DNA from: Thermoanaerobaculum sp.
Lineage (GTDB): Bacteria > Acidobacteriota > Thermoanaerobaculia > Multivoradales > UBA5704
Reading direction: 5' to 3'
DNA length: 64,000 bases
Assembly: GCA_021154885.1 (NCBI GenBank)
Contig: JAJKHS010000032.1
Span: 46,833 to 110,832, forward strand
Part shown: one piece after another, positions 1 to 9,036 of the stretch
How the letters are laid out: each line of letters begins with the position of its first letter
Position numbering within the stretch: position 1 is the stretch's first letter
Notes under the pieces: model-generated
Told to the model about the DNA's origin: nothing
Database searches by the model: none
What the model saw: only the letters and a program-made list of their open reading frames with translations
Translations under genes and position numbers: made by a program

Positions 1-1
1 G

Positions 2-409
2 TCCGGCATGGCCATCGACCGCAAGCACCACCGGCTCCTCGTCGGCTGCTCCAACAAGCTGGCGGCCGTCGTGGACACCGAGAGCGGCAAGGTGGTCACC
101 ACGGTGCCCATCGGCGCCGGGGTCGACGCCAACGCCTTCGATCCCGGGACCGACCTCGGGTTCAGCTCGAACGGGGGCGGCGACGGCACGCTGACGGTCA
201 TCAAGGAGGAGACGCCGGACAAATTCACCGTCGCCGAGGACGTGCCCACCCGCCGCGGCGCGCGGACCATGGCCCTGGACGAGAAGACGCACAACGTCTA
301 CCTGGCCACCGCCAAGTTCGGCCCGCCGCCTGCTCCGACCGCGGAGCAGCCGCGCCCGCGGCCGACGATTCTGCCGGACTCGTTCGTGATTTTGGTGGTG
401 AGCCGGTAG
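2..409 (+). CDS. YncE-like beta-propeller repeat protein, C-terminal part (5' end lies outside the window)
   Basis: The frame is open to the window start. Blade-like segments (AAVVDTESGKVVTTVPIGAGVDANAFDP and THNVYLATAKF) are typical of YncE/lactonase-type propellers. Confidence 0.6.
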   Translation, partial: SGMAIDRKHHRLLVGCSNKLAAVVDTESGKVVTTVPIGAGVDANAFDPGTDLGFSSNGGGDGTLTVIKEETPDKFTVAEDVPTRRGARTMALDEKTHNVYLATAKFGPPPAPTAEQPRPRPTILPDSFVILVVSR

Positions 410-422
410 GTTCTGGGAAAGT

Positions 423-516
423 AGGGACTTCAGGGACAACAGGGACTTCAGGGACAGCAGGGACGAGGCAGTCTCAGTTTTCTGTCCCTGAAGTCCCTGT
501 TGTCCCTGTTGTCCCT
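423..516. repeat. Inverted array of 9-bp-period units forming a perfect 27-bp stem-loop between the upstream stop and deaD
   Basis: AGGGAC recurs at 423, 432, 441, 450 and 459. GTCCCT recurs at 484, 493, 502 and 511. 431-457 (cagggacaacagggacttcagggacag) is the exact reverse complement of 482-508, with a 24-nt loop. Confidence 0.9.
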
Positions 517-558
517 CCGCCGCGCAGGCTCCTTGGGGGAGAGTGGTATAAACCCCTC

Positions 559-2283
559 ATGGAAAGCTCGCCGCCACCGCCCTCCCTCGACTCCTTCCAG
601 GCCCTGGGCCTGAGCGAGCCGCTCCTGCAATCGATCGCCGAGGTCGGTTACGAGGCCCCGACTCCCATCCAGTCCGCCGCCATCCCGCCGCTGCTCGCCG
701 GGCGTGACCTGATCGGCCAGGCCCAGACCGGCACCGGCAAGACGGCGGCCTTCGGCCTGCCGCTGCTCCAGGCGATCGACCCGGCTCAGCGGTCGATCCA
801 GGCCCTGGTGCTCACCCCCACCCGCGAGCTCGCCATCCAGGTGGCGGAGGCGCTCCACACCTACGGCAAGAACCTGCAGGGGCTGGTGGTGCTGCCGGTC
901 TACGGCGGTCATTCGCTCGAAGACCAGCAGCGGCGGCTGCAGCGCGGCGTGCACGTCGTCGTCGGCACTCCGGGACGGATCATGGACCACCTCCGCCGCG
1001 GCACGCTGCGGCTCGACCGCCTGCGCATGGTGGTGCTGGACGAGGCGGACGAGATGCTGCGCATGGGGTTCATCGAGGACGTGGAGTGGATCCTCGCCCA
1101 GGCGCCCCCCTCGTCGGCGGGCCGCCAGACGGCGCTCTTCTCGGCCACCATGCCGCCCGAGATCCGGCGCGTGGCCCAGCGCCACCTGCAGGATCCGGCC
1201 ACCCTGGAGCTGGAGCACAAGGCCCTCACCCTGCCGGCCATCGAGCAGCGCTACCTGCTGGTGGCTCAGCCGCAGAAGCTGGAGGCCCTCACCCGGCTGC
1301 TGGAGATCGAGCCGACCGAGGCCGTGCTCGTCTTTACCCGCACCAAGACCGCGGCGGCGCAGGTCGCCGAGCGGCTGGAGGCGCGCGGCTACTCGGTGGC
1401 GGCGCTGCACGGCGACATGGGGCAGCCGCTGCGCGAACGGGTGATCGACCGGCTGCGCAGCGGCAGCGTCGAGATCGTGGTGGCGACCGACGTGGCGGCT
1501 CGCGGGCTCGACGTCGAGCGCATCAGCCACGTGGTGAACTACGACGTCCCCAACGACGTCGAGGCCTACGTCCACCGCATCGGCCGCACGGGCCGCGCCG
1601 GTCGCCCGGGGATCGCGGTGCTGTTCGTCACCCCGCGCGAGCGGCGCATGCTCCAGGACATCGAGCGCTTCACCGGCCAGCGGGTCCAGCCGATGAAGAT
1701 GCCCACCCCGGCCGACGTGGCGGCGCGGCGGTCGGAGCTGTTCAAGGAGAGCCTGCGCAAAGCCATCGGCGAGGGGGACCTGGAGCTCTATCTCGCCCTG
1801 GTGGAGGATCTGGTGGAGGAGGGGTTCGAGATCGCCGAGATCGCGGCGGCGGCGGCCTGGCTCGCCCGCCGCGAGCGGCCGCTGGTGGAGGTGGCCGTCG
1901 AGCCGGAGCCGCGGGAGCTGCCGGGGACCGGCGATGGCATGGTGCGCCTGTTCCTCAACGCCGGCCGGCAGGCCGGTGTGCGGCCGGCGGACGTGGTGGG
2001 CGCCATCGCCAACGAGGCCGGCGTCCCCGGCCGCGAGATCGGCGCCATCGATATCTACGACCGCTTCTCGCTCGTCGACGTGCCCGCCCGCTACCAGCGG
2101 CAGATCATCGAGAAGATGTCCGGCGCCACGCTGCGCGGCCGCTCGCTGGAGATCAAGATCGCCGGCCGGGACCAGGCCGCGCGGGAGCGTGAGCCGGAGC
2201 GGCCGCGGCGGACGCCGGCGCGGTCCGACCGGCCCGGCCGGCCCGGAGCACCCCGCGCTCCCTGGAAGAAACGGCCGCGGTAG
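559..2283 (+). CDS. deaD: DEAD-box ATP-dependent RNA helicase (DeaD/CsdA type with DbpA-like C-terminal RNA-binding domain)
   Basis: Motifs AQTGTGKTAAF, PTRELA, VLDEADEML, SAT and HRIGRTGRAG. The C-terminal segment (MVRLFLNAGRQAGVRPADVVGAI...) is DbpA-like, followed by an R-rich tail. Confidence 0.93.
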   Translation: MESSPPPPSLDSFQALGLSEPLLQSIAEVGYEAPTPIQSAAIPPLLAGRDLIGQAQTGTGKTAAFGLPLLQAIDPAQRSIQALVLTPTRELAIQVAEALHTYGKNLQGLVVLPVYGGHSLEDQQRRLQRGVHVVVGTPGRIMDHLRRGTLRLDRLRMVVLDEADEMLRMGFIEDVEWILAQAPPSSAGRQTALFSATMPPEIRRVAQRHLQDPATLELEHKALTLPAIEQRYLLVAQPQKLEALTRLLEIEPTEAVLVFTRTKTAAAQVAERLEARGYSVAALHGDMGQPLRERVIDRLRSGSVEIVVATDVAARGLDVERISHVVNYDVPNDVEAYVHRIGRTGRAGRPGIAVLFVTPRERRMLQDIERFTGQRVQPMKMPTPADVAARRSELFKESLRKAIGEGDLELYLALVEDLVEEGFEIAEIAAAAAWLARRERPLVEVAVEPEPRELPGTGDGMVRLFLNAGRQAGVRPADVVGAIANEAGVPGREIGAIDIYDRFSLVDVPARYQRQIIEKMSGATLRGRSLEIKIAGRDQAAREREPERPRRTPARSDRPGRPGAPRAPWKKRPR

Positions 2284-2292
2284 CGGGCGGCC

Positions 2293-3096
2293 ATGACGAT
2301 CCTCGAGACTCAGGGGTTGACCCGGCGCTTCGGCGACGTCACGGCGGTCGACGGCTTCACGATCGCGGTGGCGGAAGGGGAGGCGTTCGGCCTGCTGGGG
2401 CCCAACGGCGCTGGCAAGACGACGGTCATCCGTATGCTCACCACCCTGCTGCCGCCGACGTCGGGCAGTGCGCGCGTCGCCGGCTGCGATGTGCAGCGGC
2501 AGGCGATGGGCGTGCGCCGGGCCATCGGCTACGTGCCCCAGGCCCTCTCCGTCGACGGCGGACTCACCGCCTATGAAAACCTTTTGATCTTCGCCAAGCT
2601 GTACGACATCCCTCGCCGAGAGCGCGCCGGCCGCATCGAGTATGCCCTGGCGCTGGTGGGATTGACGGACGCCGCCGGCCGCATGGTGCGCGAGTTCTCC
2701 GGCGGCATGATCCGGCGGCTGGAAATCGCACAGTCCACCCTGCACCGGCCGCGGGTCCTGTTCCTCGACGAGCCGACGGTGGGCCTCGACCCCCTGGCCC
2801 GCGAGGCGGTGTGGGAGCACATCAAGAAGCTCCATACCGAGCTCGGCACGACCCTCTTCCTCACCACGCACTACATGGAGGAGGCGGACGACCTCTGCAA
2901 CCGGATCGCCATCCTGCATCGCGGCAAGCTGGCGACCGCCGGCACCCCGGCGGAGCTCAAGGCCTCGCTGGGGCGCCCGGGGGCGGAGGCGACGCTCAAC
3001 GACGTGTTCCTCCACTACGCCGGCGACACGCTGGAATCAGGAGGGAGCTATCGTGAGACTTCAAGAGGCCGCAGGACCGCCCGCCGCCTCGGCTAG
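2293..3096 (+). CDS. ABC transporter ATP-binding protein (DrrA/ABC-2 exporter type)
   Basis: Walker A GPNGAGKTT, signature FSGGMIRRLEIA and Walker B VLFLDEPTVGLD. It is followed by an overlapping ABC-2 permease gene. Confidence 0.9.
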   Translation: MTILETQGLTRRFGDVTAVDGFTIAVAEGEAFGLLGPNGAGKTTVIRMLTTLLPPTSGSARVAGCDVQRQAMGVRRAIGYVPQALSVDGGLTAYENLLIFAKLYDIPRRERAGRIEYALALVGLTDAAGRMVREFSGGMIRRLEIAQSTLHRPRVLFLDEPTVGLDPLAREAVWEHIKKLHTELGTTLFLTTHYMEEADDLCNRIAILHRGKLATAGTPAELKASLGRPGAEATLNDVFLHYAGDTLESGGSYRETSRGRRTARRLG

Positions 3097-3886
3097 ACCC
3101 GCGTCGCCGGCGGAATTCGCACGCAAGACGCTGGTCATCGCCGAGCTCGAGGTCCGCAAGCTGCGGCACGACTTCACGGAGGTGATCACCCGCGGCGTGC
3201 AGCCGGTGCTCTGGCTGCTGCTCTTCGGCCAGGTCTTTTCCCGCGCCCGGGCGATTCCCACCGGCGGCGTGCCCTATCTCGACTTCATGGCGCCGGGCAT
3301 CCTCGCCCAGAGCGTGCTCTTCGTGGCCATCTTCTACGGCATCAGCGTCATCTGGGAGCGCGACCTCGGATTGATCAACAAGTTCCTGGTGAGCCCCACG
3401 CCCCGCTCGGCCCTGGTGCTGGGCAAGGCGCTGTCGGCGGGTGTGCGCTCGCTGCCGCAGATCGTGGTGATCTTCGGCCTCTCCGCCCTTCTCGGCGTCA
3501 AGGTGCTGTGGAATCCCGTGACGCTGCTGGGCCTGATCCTGGCCGCCGTGCTCGGGGCGGCGCTGTTTTCCACTTTTTCCCTGATCATCGCCTGCCTGGT
3601 GAAGACCCGCGAGCGCTTCATGGGGATCGGTCAGGTGATGACGATGCCGCTGTTCTTCGCCAGCAACGCGATCTATCCCCTCTCCATGATGCCGCTCTGG
3701 CTGCAGTGGGTCTCCAGGGCGAACCCGCTGACCTACGAGGTGGACGCGCTGCGCACCCTGATGATCGCCGGCGCGCCGAGCCACTTCGGCCACCTCGGCC
3801 TGGCCGTGGACTTCGGCGTCCTGCTGGCCTGGTGCGTGGTGCTCGTCGCCGTGGGAGCGAAGCTCTACCCGCGGGTCGTCACGTGA
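3053..3886 (+). CDS. ABC-2 type transporter permease
   Basis: GTG start preceded by GGAGGGA. The protein has about six hydrophobic segments and overlaps the ATPase gene 3' end (operon). Confidence 0.85.
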   Translation: MRLQEAAGPPAASARPASPAEFARKTLVIAELEVRKLRHDFTEVITRGVQPVLWLLLFGQVFSRARAIPTGGVPYLDFMAPGILAQSVLFVAIFYGISVIWERDLGLINKFLVSPTPRSALVLGKALSAGVRSLPQIVVIFGLSALLGVKVLWNPVTLLGLILAAVLGAALFSTFSLIIACLVKTRERFMGIGQVMTMPLFFASNAIYPLSMMPLWLQWVSRANPLTYEVDALRTLMIAGAPSHFGHLGLAVDFGVLLAWCVVLVAVGAKLYPRVVT

Positions 3887-3893
3887 GCGGCGC

Positions 3894-5204
3894 CTACCCC
3901 TTCGGCGGCCGGATCAGGTCGCCGTACTTGAGCGGCTCTCCCTTCTCCCACGGCCGGTACTCGTTGCAGAAGTCGATGCGCTCGCCGAGCGGCGGGTGGT
4001 CGGAGCGCCAGAGCTTGTAGAGCAGGCCGGGACGGGGATTGCTCAGGTTCTGCTCCTGGAGCTTCACGAAGGCCGTGGCGCAATCGTGGTTGTCGCGCGT
4101 GATCTCCAGGCCGAAGCGGTCCGCCTCGTGCTCCGTGTGCCGGGTGAAGGCCAGGAGGGCGGGTGACAGCACGAAGGTGACCAGGCTGAAGAGCAGCGCG
4201 ATCAAGGGCAGGGAGGCGACGTCGGAGAGCTGGACGAAGCCGAACCGGTCGCGGTAGCGCGCGATCAGCCCTCCGGCCGTGCGGTGGATCACCCACAGGC
4301 CGAAGACGACGAGGAGAGAGGCCAGGGCGACGAGCTGGGGCACGTGTCCCAGCACGTAATGCCCCATCTCATGGCCCATGACGTACAGGACCTCGGGCTT
4401 GTCCAGCCGGTGCAGCGTGGTGTCCCAGAGGACGATCCGCTTGGTGCCGAAGACGCCGGTGACGTAGGCGTTGACGGTCTTGGTGTCGACGCTCTTGTCG
4501 ACCTCGTAGACGCGGCTCCCTTCGATCCCCGCGCGGTCGGCCAGGGCGAGGATCTGGCTCTCCAGCGCTTTGTCCTTCATCGGCCCGAACTTATTGAAGC
4601 GGGGCGCGATCCAGATCGGGGTGACGATCAGGACGACGACGATCAGCGGGATGGCCGCGAGACCCGTGTACAGCCACCAGCGCCGTGGGCTCCAGCGCAG
4701 CAGCAGGTAGGGGAGCCAGAGGGTGAGGGCGGCCGCAATGCAGCCGATGGCCAGCCCCGTGAAGGCGTCGCTCCACCACTTGCCCGCGGTCTGGTCGGAC
4801 AGGCCATAGGCGTGCTGGCGGACGAAGTCCTGGTACCAGGCCAGTGGCAGGTCGAGGACGAACGTCACCAGGGTGAAAAGGAGGCCGTAGACGACGAGGG
4901 TGAAGAACCAGTTGCGGCCGACCTTGCGGGCGGCGTCCCGCATCCGGGCCGAGAAGCCGGAGAACAGCAGCAGGGCCGGCACGGCGAACCCCCACAGTGT
5001 TTCGACCACCCAGAGCATGTTGCCGCTCCGGTAGTACTGCATCGCCTTGTCGCTGGGCTGCGGCACGGGCACGGGCTGCGACGGTCCGCTCGCCGCCGTG
5101 GCGGTGCTGCTCGCGGCAGCCGGAGCGGCCGGCTGGGCGACGAGCGCCGGAGCGGCCACGAGGGCGAGGATCAGCGACAGGACGGCGGGGATGGCATGGC
5201 GCAT
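3894..5204 (-). CDS. M48 family zinc metallopeptidase (Ste24/HtpX-like, membrane)
   Basis: HEMGHYVLGH (HExxH) motif, multiple TM segments, an N-terminal signal-like sequence, and an AGGAGA Shine-Dalgarno (SD, ribosome-binding) sequence before the ATG at 5204. Confidence 0.85.
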   Translation of the reverse strand: MRHAIPAVLSLILALVAAPALVAQPAAPAAASSTATAASGPSQPVPVPQPSDKAMQYYRSGNMLWVVETLWGFAVPALLLFSGFSARMRDAARKVGRNWFFTLVVYGLLFTLVTFVLDLPLAWYQDFVRQHAYGLSDQTAGKWWSDAFTGLAIGCIAAALTLWLPYLLLRWSPRRWWLYTGLAAIPLIVVVLIVTPIWIAPRFNKFGPMKDKALESQILALADRAGIEGSRVYEVDKSVDTKTVNAYVTGVFGTKRIVLWDTTLHRLDKPEVLYVMGHEMGHYVLGHVPQLVALASLLVVFGLWVIHRTAGGLIARYRDRFGFVQLSDVASLPLIALLFSLVTFVLSPALLAFTRHTEHEADRFGLEITRDNHDCATAFVKLQEQNLSNPRPGLLYKLWRSDHPPLGERIDFCNEYRPWEKGEPLKYGDLIRPPKG

Positions 5205-5277
5205 CGGTCTCTCCTGGGCAGTGCGTTGAGGCTCTGGCCAGAAGAGTACGCCGCAATGGCCCGAGAGTTCTACCGGG

Positions 5278-5499
5278 TCAGGTTTCGAAGACGAGCTCGG
5301 CCCGCTTCGAGCGCGCCTTGCGAGCGAGCAGATGGTCGAGGTGGAGGATCGTCTCCTCGTGGACGACCACCGCCCCGCAGTCCGGGCAGACGTCCGCCGG
5401 CACGTCGTGGACGACGAGCGTCCGCTGGCGGTGGATCACAGAGTGGCTGATCGCCCTGGGCTCGTGCTCGCCGGTGCATCCTGGGGTCTGGCATTTCAT
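5278..5499 (-). CDS. YgiT-type zinc-finger protein (MqsA N-terminal-like, no HTH)
   Basis: MKCQTPGC...CPDCG gives two CxxC pairs. ATG at 5499 is preceded by GGAGGAG. The longer track ORF (to 5568) lacks an SD. Confidence 0.6.
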   Translation of the reverse strand: MKCQTPGCTGEHEPRAISHSVIHRQRTLVVHDVPADVCPDCGAVVVHEETILHLDHLLARKARSKRAELVFET

Positions 5500-5659
5500 G
5501 TCGGCTCCTCCTCTTGTTCTCTCTTCTGGAAACCATCTGGCCGGGCCGCTCATTCCTGATGGACGCAAAGCGCGCGCCAGGGACTACACTAGGGGCAACT
5601 TTGCAGCCCACCTTACGTATTACAGAGATCGAACGTCCAACCTTTGGAGGCTTTCCTTC

Positions 5660-8600
5660 ATGCGTCCACTTGCTCTCGCCGTCCTGCTTTTCGCCCTGCT
5701 CGCCGCCGTACCGGCGGGGGCCGAGCCGCTGCTGCGGACCCCGGCCCTCAGCCGCACGCAGATCGCCTTCAGCTACGCCGGGGACATCTGGCTCGTGGGC
5801 CGCGAGGGGGGAGAGGCCCGCCGGCTGACCACCGGCGTCGGCGTCGAGACCGACCCCGCCTTCTCGCCTGACGGCCAGTGGCTCGCTTTCACCGGCCAGT
5901 ATGACGGCAACTGGGACATCTACCTCGTGCCGGTCGCCGGCGGCATTCCCCGCCGCCTGACCTGGCACCCCGGCATCGACCGCGTCGTGGGCTGGACGAC
6001 GGACGGCAAGCGGGTGGTCTTCCGCTCGGGCCGCGACAGCCCGTTCGCCAACCGGCTGTACACCGTCGCCGTCGAGGGCGGCGGCCTGCCCGCAGCCCTG
6101 CCGCTGCCCACGGCCGAGGAGGGCACCTTCTCTCCTGACGGTACCCGCCTGGCCTACGTGCCGCGCTGGAACCGCCGCAGCCCGCCGGGCGTCTACGTGG
6201 CCTGGAAGCGCTACCGTGGCGGCCTGACCTCGCCGATCTGGATCGCCCGGCTCGCCGACTCCGCCGTCGAGGAGATCCCGCGGCAGGGCTCCAGCGATTT
6301 CGATCCCATGTGGATCGGCGACCGCGTCTACTTCCTCTCCGACCGCAACGGCCCCGCTACCCTGTTCGTCTACGACACGGCGACGAAGAAGGTGACCCAG
6401 GCCCTGGAGAGCTCGGGGCCGGACGTCGCCTCCGCCTCGGCCGGCCCCGGCGCCATCGTCTACGACCAGCTCGGCAAGCTCCATCTCTACGACCTCGCCA
6501 CCGGCCGGTCGAGGACCGTGGACGTGCGGGTGAGCGGCGACCTGCCGGCCGTGCGCCCCCATTACGTCAAGGCCGCCGACCGCATCGACTCCGCCGGGCT
6601 GTCGCCCACGGGCATGCGGGCGGTGTTCGAGGCCCACGGCGAGATCCTCACCGTGCCGGCGGAGAAGGGGGACGTCCGCAACCTCACTCACACCCCCGGC
6701 GTCGCCGAGCGCTATCCCGCCTGGTCGCCCGACGGCCAGAAGATCGCCTTCTTCTCCGACGAGTCCGGGGAGTACGCCCTCCACGTCGCCGACCAGACGG
6801 GCGCAGGGCCGGTGAAGAAGATCGACCTCGGGAATCCGCCCTCCTTCTTCTACGATCCGAAGTGGTCGCCGGACGGCCAGAAGATCGCCTACAGCGACAA
6901 GCGCCTGAACCTCTGGTACGTCGACGTGGCCAAGGGCAGGCCCGTGCGGGTCGACAGCGATACCTACGACGCACCCACCCGCGGGCTCGATCCTTCCTGG
7001 TCCCCCGACAGCCGCTTCCTCGCCTACACCAAGGAGCTGCGCAATCACATGCAGGCCGTCTTCATCCATGCGCTGGAGACGGGCAGGTCCACCCAGGTGA
7101 CGGACGGCATGAGCGATGCGCGCTACGCGATCTTCGACAAGTCGGGCAAGTACCTCTACTTCGCGGCCTCGACCGACGTCGGCCCCACCACCGGCTGGCT
7201 CGACATGTCGAGCTTCCAGCGCCCCGTCACCCGCAGCGTCTACGTGGCGGTGCTGGACAGGAGCCTGCCCTCGCCGCTGGCGCCGCTGAGCGACGAGGAG
7301 AAGGACGCCGCGGCCAAGGAGGACAAGGAGAAGGACGGCAAAGACGCCAAGGACAAGGCGAAGGCGGTGCCGAAGGTGAAGGTCGACTTCGACGGCATCG
7401 GCCAGCGCATCCTCTCCCTGCCCGTGCCGGCCCGCAACTACACCGGCCTCAGCACCGGCAAGGAGGGGGTCGTCCTCCTCCTCGAGACCCCTCCCCAGGG
7501 CGGCGGCGCCAAGGGCAATATCGTCCACCGCTTCGCCCTCGACAAGCGCAAGACCGAGAAGCTCCTCGACGGCGTCCAGACGCTCGCCGTCTCGTACGAC
7601 GGCGAGAAGATGCTCGCCCGCGTGGGCGAAGCCTGGTCGATCGTCCCCACGGCTCCTTCGGCCGCGCCGCCCAAGCCCGGCGACGGCGCCCTGGCCCTCG
7701 ACGGCCTGGAGGTCCTGGTCGATCCTCCGGCCGAGTGGCGCCAGATGTACCGCGAAGTCTGGCGCATGGAGCGGGACTTCTTCTACGACCCCAGCCTGCA
7801 CGGGCTCGACCTCAAGGCGGCCATGGCGCGCTACCAGCCCTACGTTGACGGCATCGGCCACCGCAGCGACCTCAACGCCCTGTTCAACGAGATGCTCGGC
7901 GAGATCACCGTCGGTCACATGTACGTCGGCGGCGGCGACGCTCCCGAGGTGCCGAGGGTGAAGGTGGGCCTGCTGGGCGCCGACTACGAGGTGGCGGACG
8001 GCCGCTACCGCTTCGCCCGCATCTACAACGGCGAGAACTGGAACCCGGAGCTCCAGGCGCCCCTCACCCAGCCGGGCGTCAACGTCAAGCAGGGTGAGTA
8101 CCTGCTGTCGGTGGGCGGCCGCGAGCTCAAGGCCACGGACGAGCTCTACAGCTTCTTCGAGGCCACGGCCGGCAAGTCGGTGGTCCTCGAAGTGGGACCC
8201 CGCGCCGACGGCAAGGGCGCGCGCAAGGTGACCGTCGTCCCGGTCGAGAGCGAGAACCAGTTGCGGGGCCTGGCCTGGATGGAGGACAACCGCCGCAAGG
8301 TCGACGAGCTCTCCGGCGGCCGTCTGGCCTACGTCTACCTCCCCGACACGGGCGGCGCCGGCTACTCCAACTTCAACCGCTACTTCTTCGCCCAGCTCGG
8401 CCGCGAGGGCGCGGTGATCGACGAGCGCTTCAACGGCGGCGGCGCCGCCGCCGACTATATCGTGGACTACCTGCGCCGGCCGCTGCTCAACTACTTCACC
8501 TCGCGCGAGGGCGAGGACTTCACCACGCCGGTGGGCTCCATCTTCGGCCCCAAGGTGATGATCATCAACGAGAACGCCGGCTCGGGCGGCGACGCCCTCC

Positions 8601-8971
8601 CCTGGTACTTCCGCAAGCTGGAGATCGGCCCGCTGATCGGCGAGCGGACCTGGGGCGGCCTGGTGGGCATCTACGACTATCCGACCCTGATCGGCGGCGG
8701 CCGCGTCACCGCCCCGCGGGTGGCCTTCTACAATCCCAACGGCACCTGGGACGTGGAGAACCACGGCGTCGCGCCCGACGTCGAGGTCGAGCTCGACCCC
8801 AAGGCCTGGCGCCAGGGGCACGACCTGCAGCTCGAGAAAGCCGTGCAGACGGCGCTCGAGCTACTGGAAAAGAACCCGCTGCCGAAGGCGAAGCGGCCGG
8901 CGTATCCGAATTATCAGCAGAAAACGCAGAAGGCCGGGGAGCAGACCGGGCAGCAGGCGGGGCAGCCCTAG
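5660..8971 (+). CDS. Tricorn-protease-like S41 peptidase (TolB-type beta-propellers + PDZ + S41 domain), secreted
   Basis: The signal peptide MRPLALAVLLFALLAAVPAGA starts at ATG 5660. Repeated DPxxSPDGxxxAF propeller motifs are followed by a C-terminal S41-like region (NENAGSGGDALPWYF). Track ORF 4997-5659 upstream is a non-coding extension. Confidence 0.85.
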   Translation: MRPLALAVLLFALLAAVPAGAEPLLRTPALSRTQIAFSYAGDIWLVGREGGEARRLTTGVGVETDPAFSPDGQWLAFTGQYDGNWDIYLVPVAGGIPRRLTWHPGIDRVVGWTTDGKRVVFRSGRDSPFANRLYTVAVEGGGLPAALPLPTAEEGTFSPDGTRLAYVPRWNRRSPPGVYVAWKRYRGGLTSPIWIARLADSAVEEIPRQGSSDFDPMWIGDRVYFLSDRNGPATLFVYDTATKKVTQALESSGPDVASASAGPGAIVYDQLGKLHLYDLATGRSRTVDVRVSGDLPAVRPHYVKAADRIDSAGLSPTGMRAVFEAHGEILTVPAEKGDVRNLTHTPGVAERYPAWSPDGQKIAFFSDESGEYALHVADQTGAGPVKKIDLGNPPSFFYDPKWSPDGQKIAYSDKRLNLWYVDVAKGRPVRVDSDTYDAPTRGLDPSWSPDSRFLAYTKELRNHMQAVFIHALETGRSTQVTDGMSDARYAIFDKSGKYLYFAASTDVGPTTGWLDMSSFQRPVTRSVYVAVLDRSLPSPLAPLSDEEKDAAAKEDKEKDGKDAKDKAKAVPKVKVDFDGIGQRILSLPVPARNYTGLSTGKEGVVLLLETPPQGGGAKGNIVHRFALDKRKTEKLLDGVQTLAVSYDGEKMLARVGEAWSIVPTAPSAAPPKPGDGALALDGLEVLVDPPAEWRQMYREVWRMERDFFYDPSLHGLDLKAAMARYQPYVDGIGHRSDLNALFNEMLGEITVGHMYVGGGDAPEVPRVKVGLLGADYEVADGRYRFARIYNGENWNPELQAPLTQPGVNVKQGEYLLSVGGRELKATDELYSFFEATAGKSVVLEVGPRADGKGARKVTVVPVESENQLRGLAWMEDNRRKVDELSGGRLAYVYLPDTGGAGYSNFNRYFFAQLGREGAVIDERFNGGGAAADYIVDYLRRPLLNYFTSREGEDFTTPVGSIFGPKVMIINENAGSGGDALPWYFRKLEIGPLIGERTWGGLVGIYDYPTLIGGGRVTAPRVAFYNPNGTWDVENHGVAPDVEVELDPKAWRQGHDLQLEKAVQTALELLEKNPLPKAKRPAYPNYQQKTQKAGEQTGQQAGQP

Positions 8972-8992
8972 ACCGCGGCTGTAACAAATCCG

Positions 8993-9036
8993 GGCATCGG
9001 GACTCTCTCCTTGCGAAAGGAGAGTGTTCCGATGCC
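8993..9036 (+). promoter_or_regulatory. 20-bp stem-loop that base-pairs the SD and ATG of the following cytochrome gene
   Basis: 8993-9012 pairs with 9017-9036 (one mismatch, one GU, GCGA loop). The right arm contains AAGGAGAG (SD) and ATG 9032. Confidence 0.45.

Noticed and set aside
448-3015. 855-aa minus-strand ORF spanning deaD and the ABC ATPase gene
   Set aside because: It is antisense to two genes with unambiguous motif support. The R/G/A/P-rich composition is typical of shadow ORFs in high-GC DNA.
4997-5659. N-terminal 221-codon extension of the tricorn-like ORF; similarly 42482..43384, 43633..45168 and 34627..35217 extensions of other long ORFs
   Set aside because: The extensions overlap oppositely oriented real genes or intergenic DNA. 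Internal starts with signal peptides and SD sequences fit far better.
5270-8821. 1183-aa minus-strand ORF opposite the tricorn-like protease gene
   Set aside because: Shadow ORF with an Arg/Gly/Ala-rich translation and no motifs. The plus-strand gene has clear propeller and S41 features.
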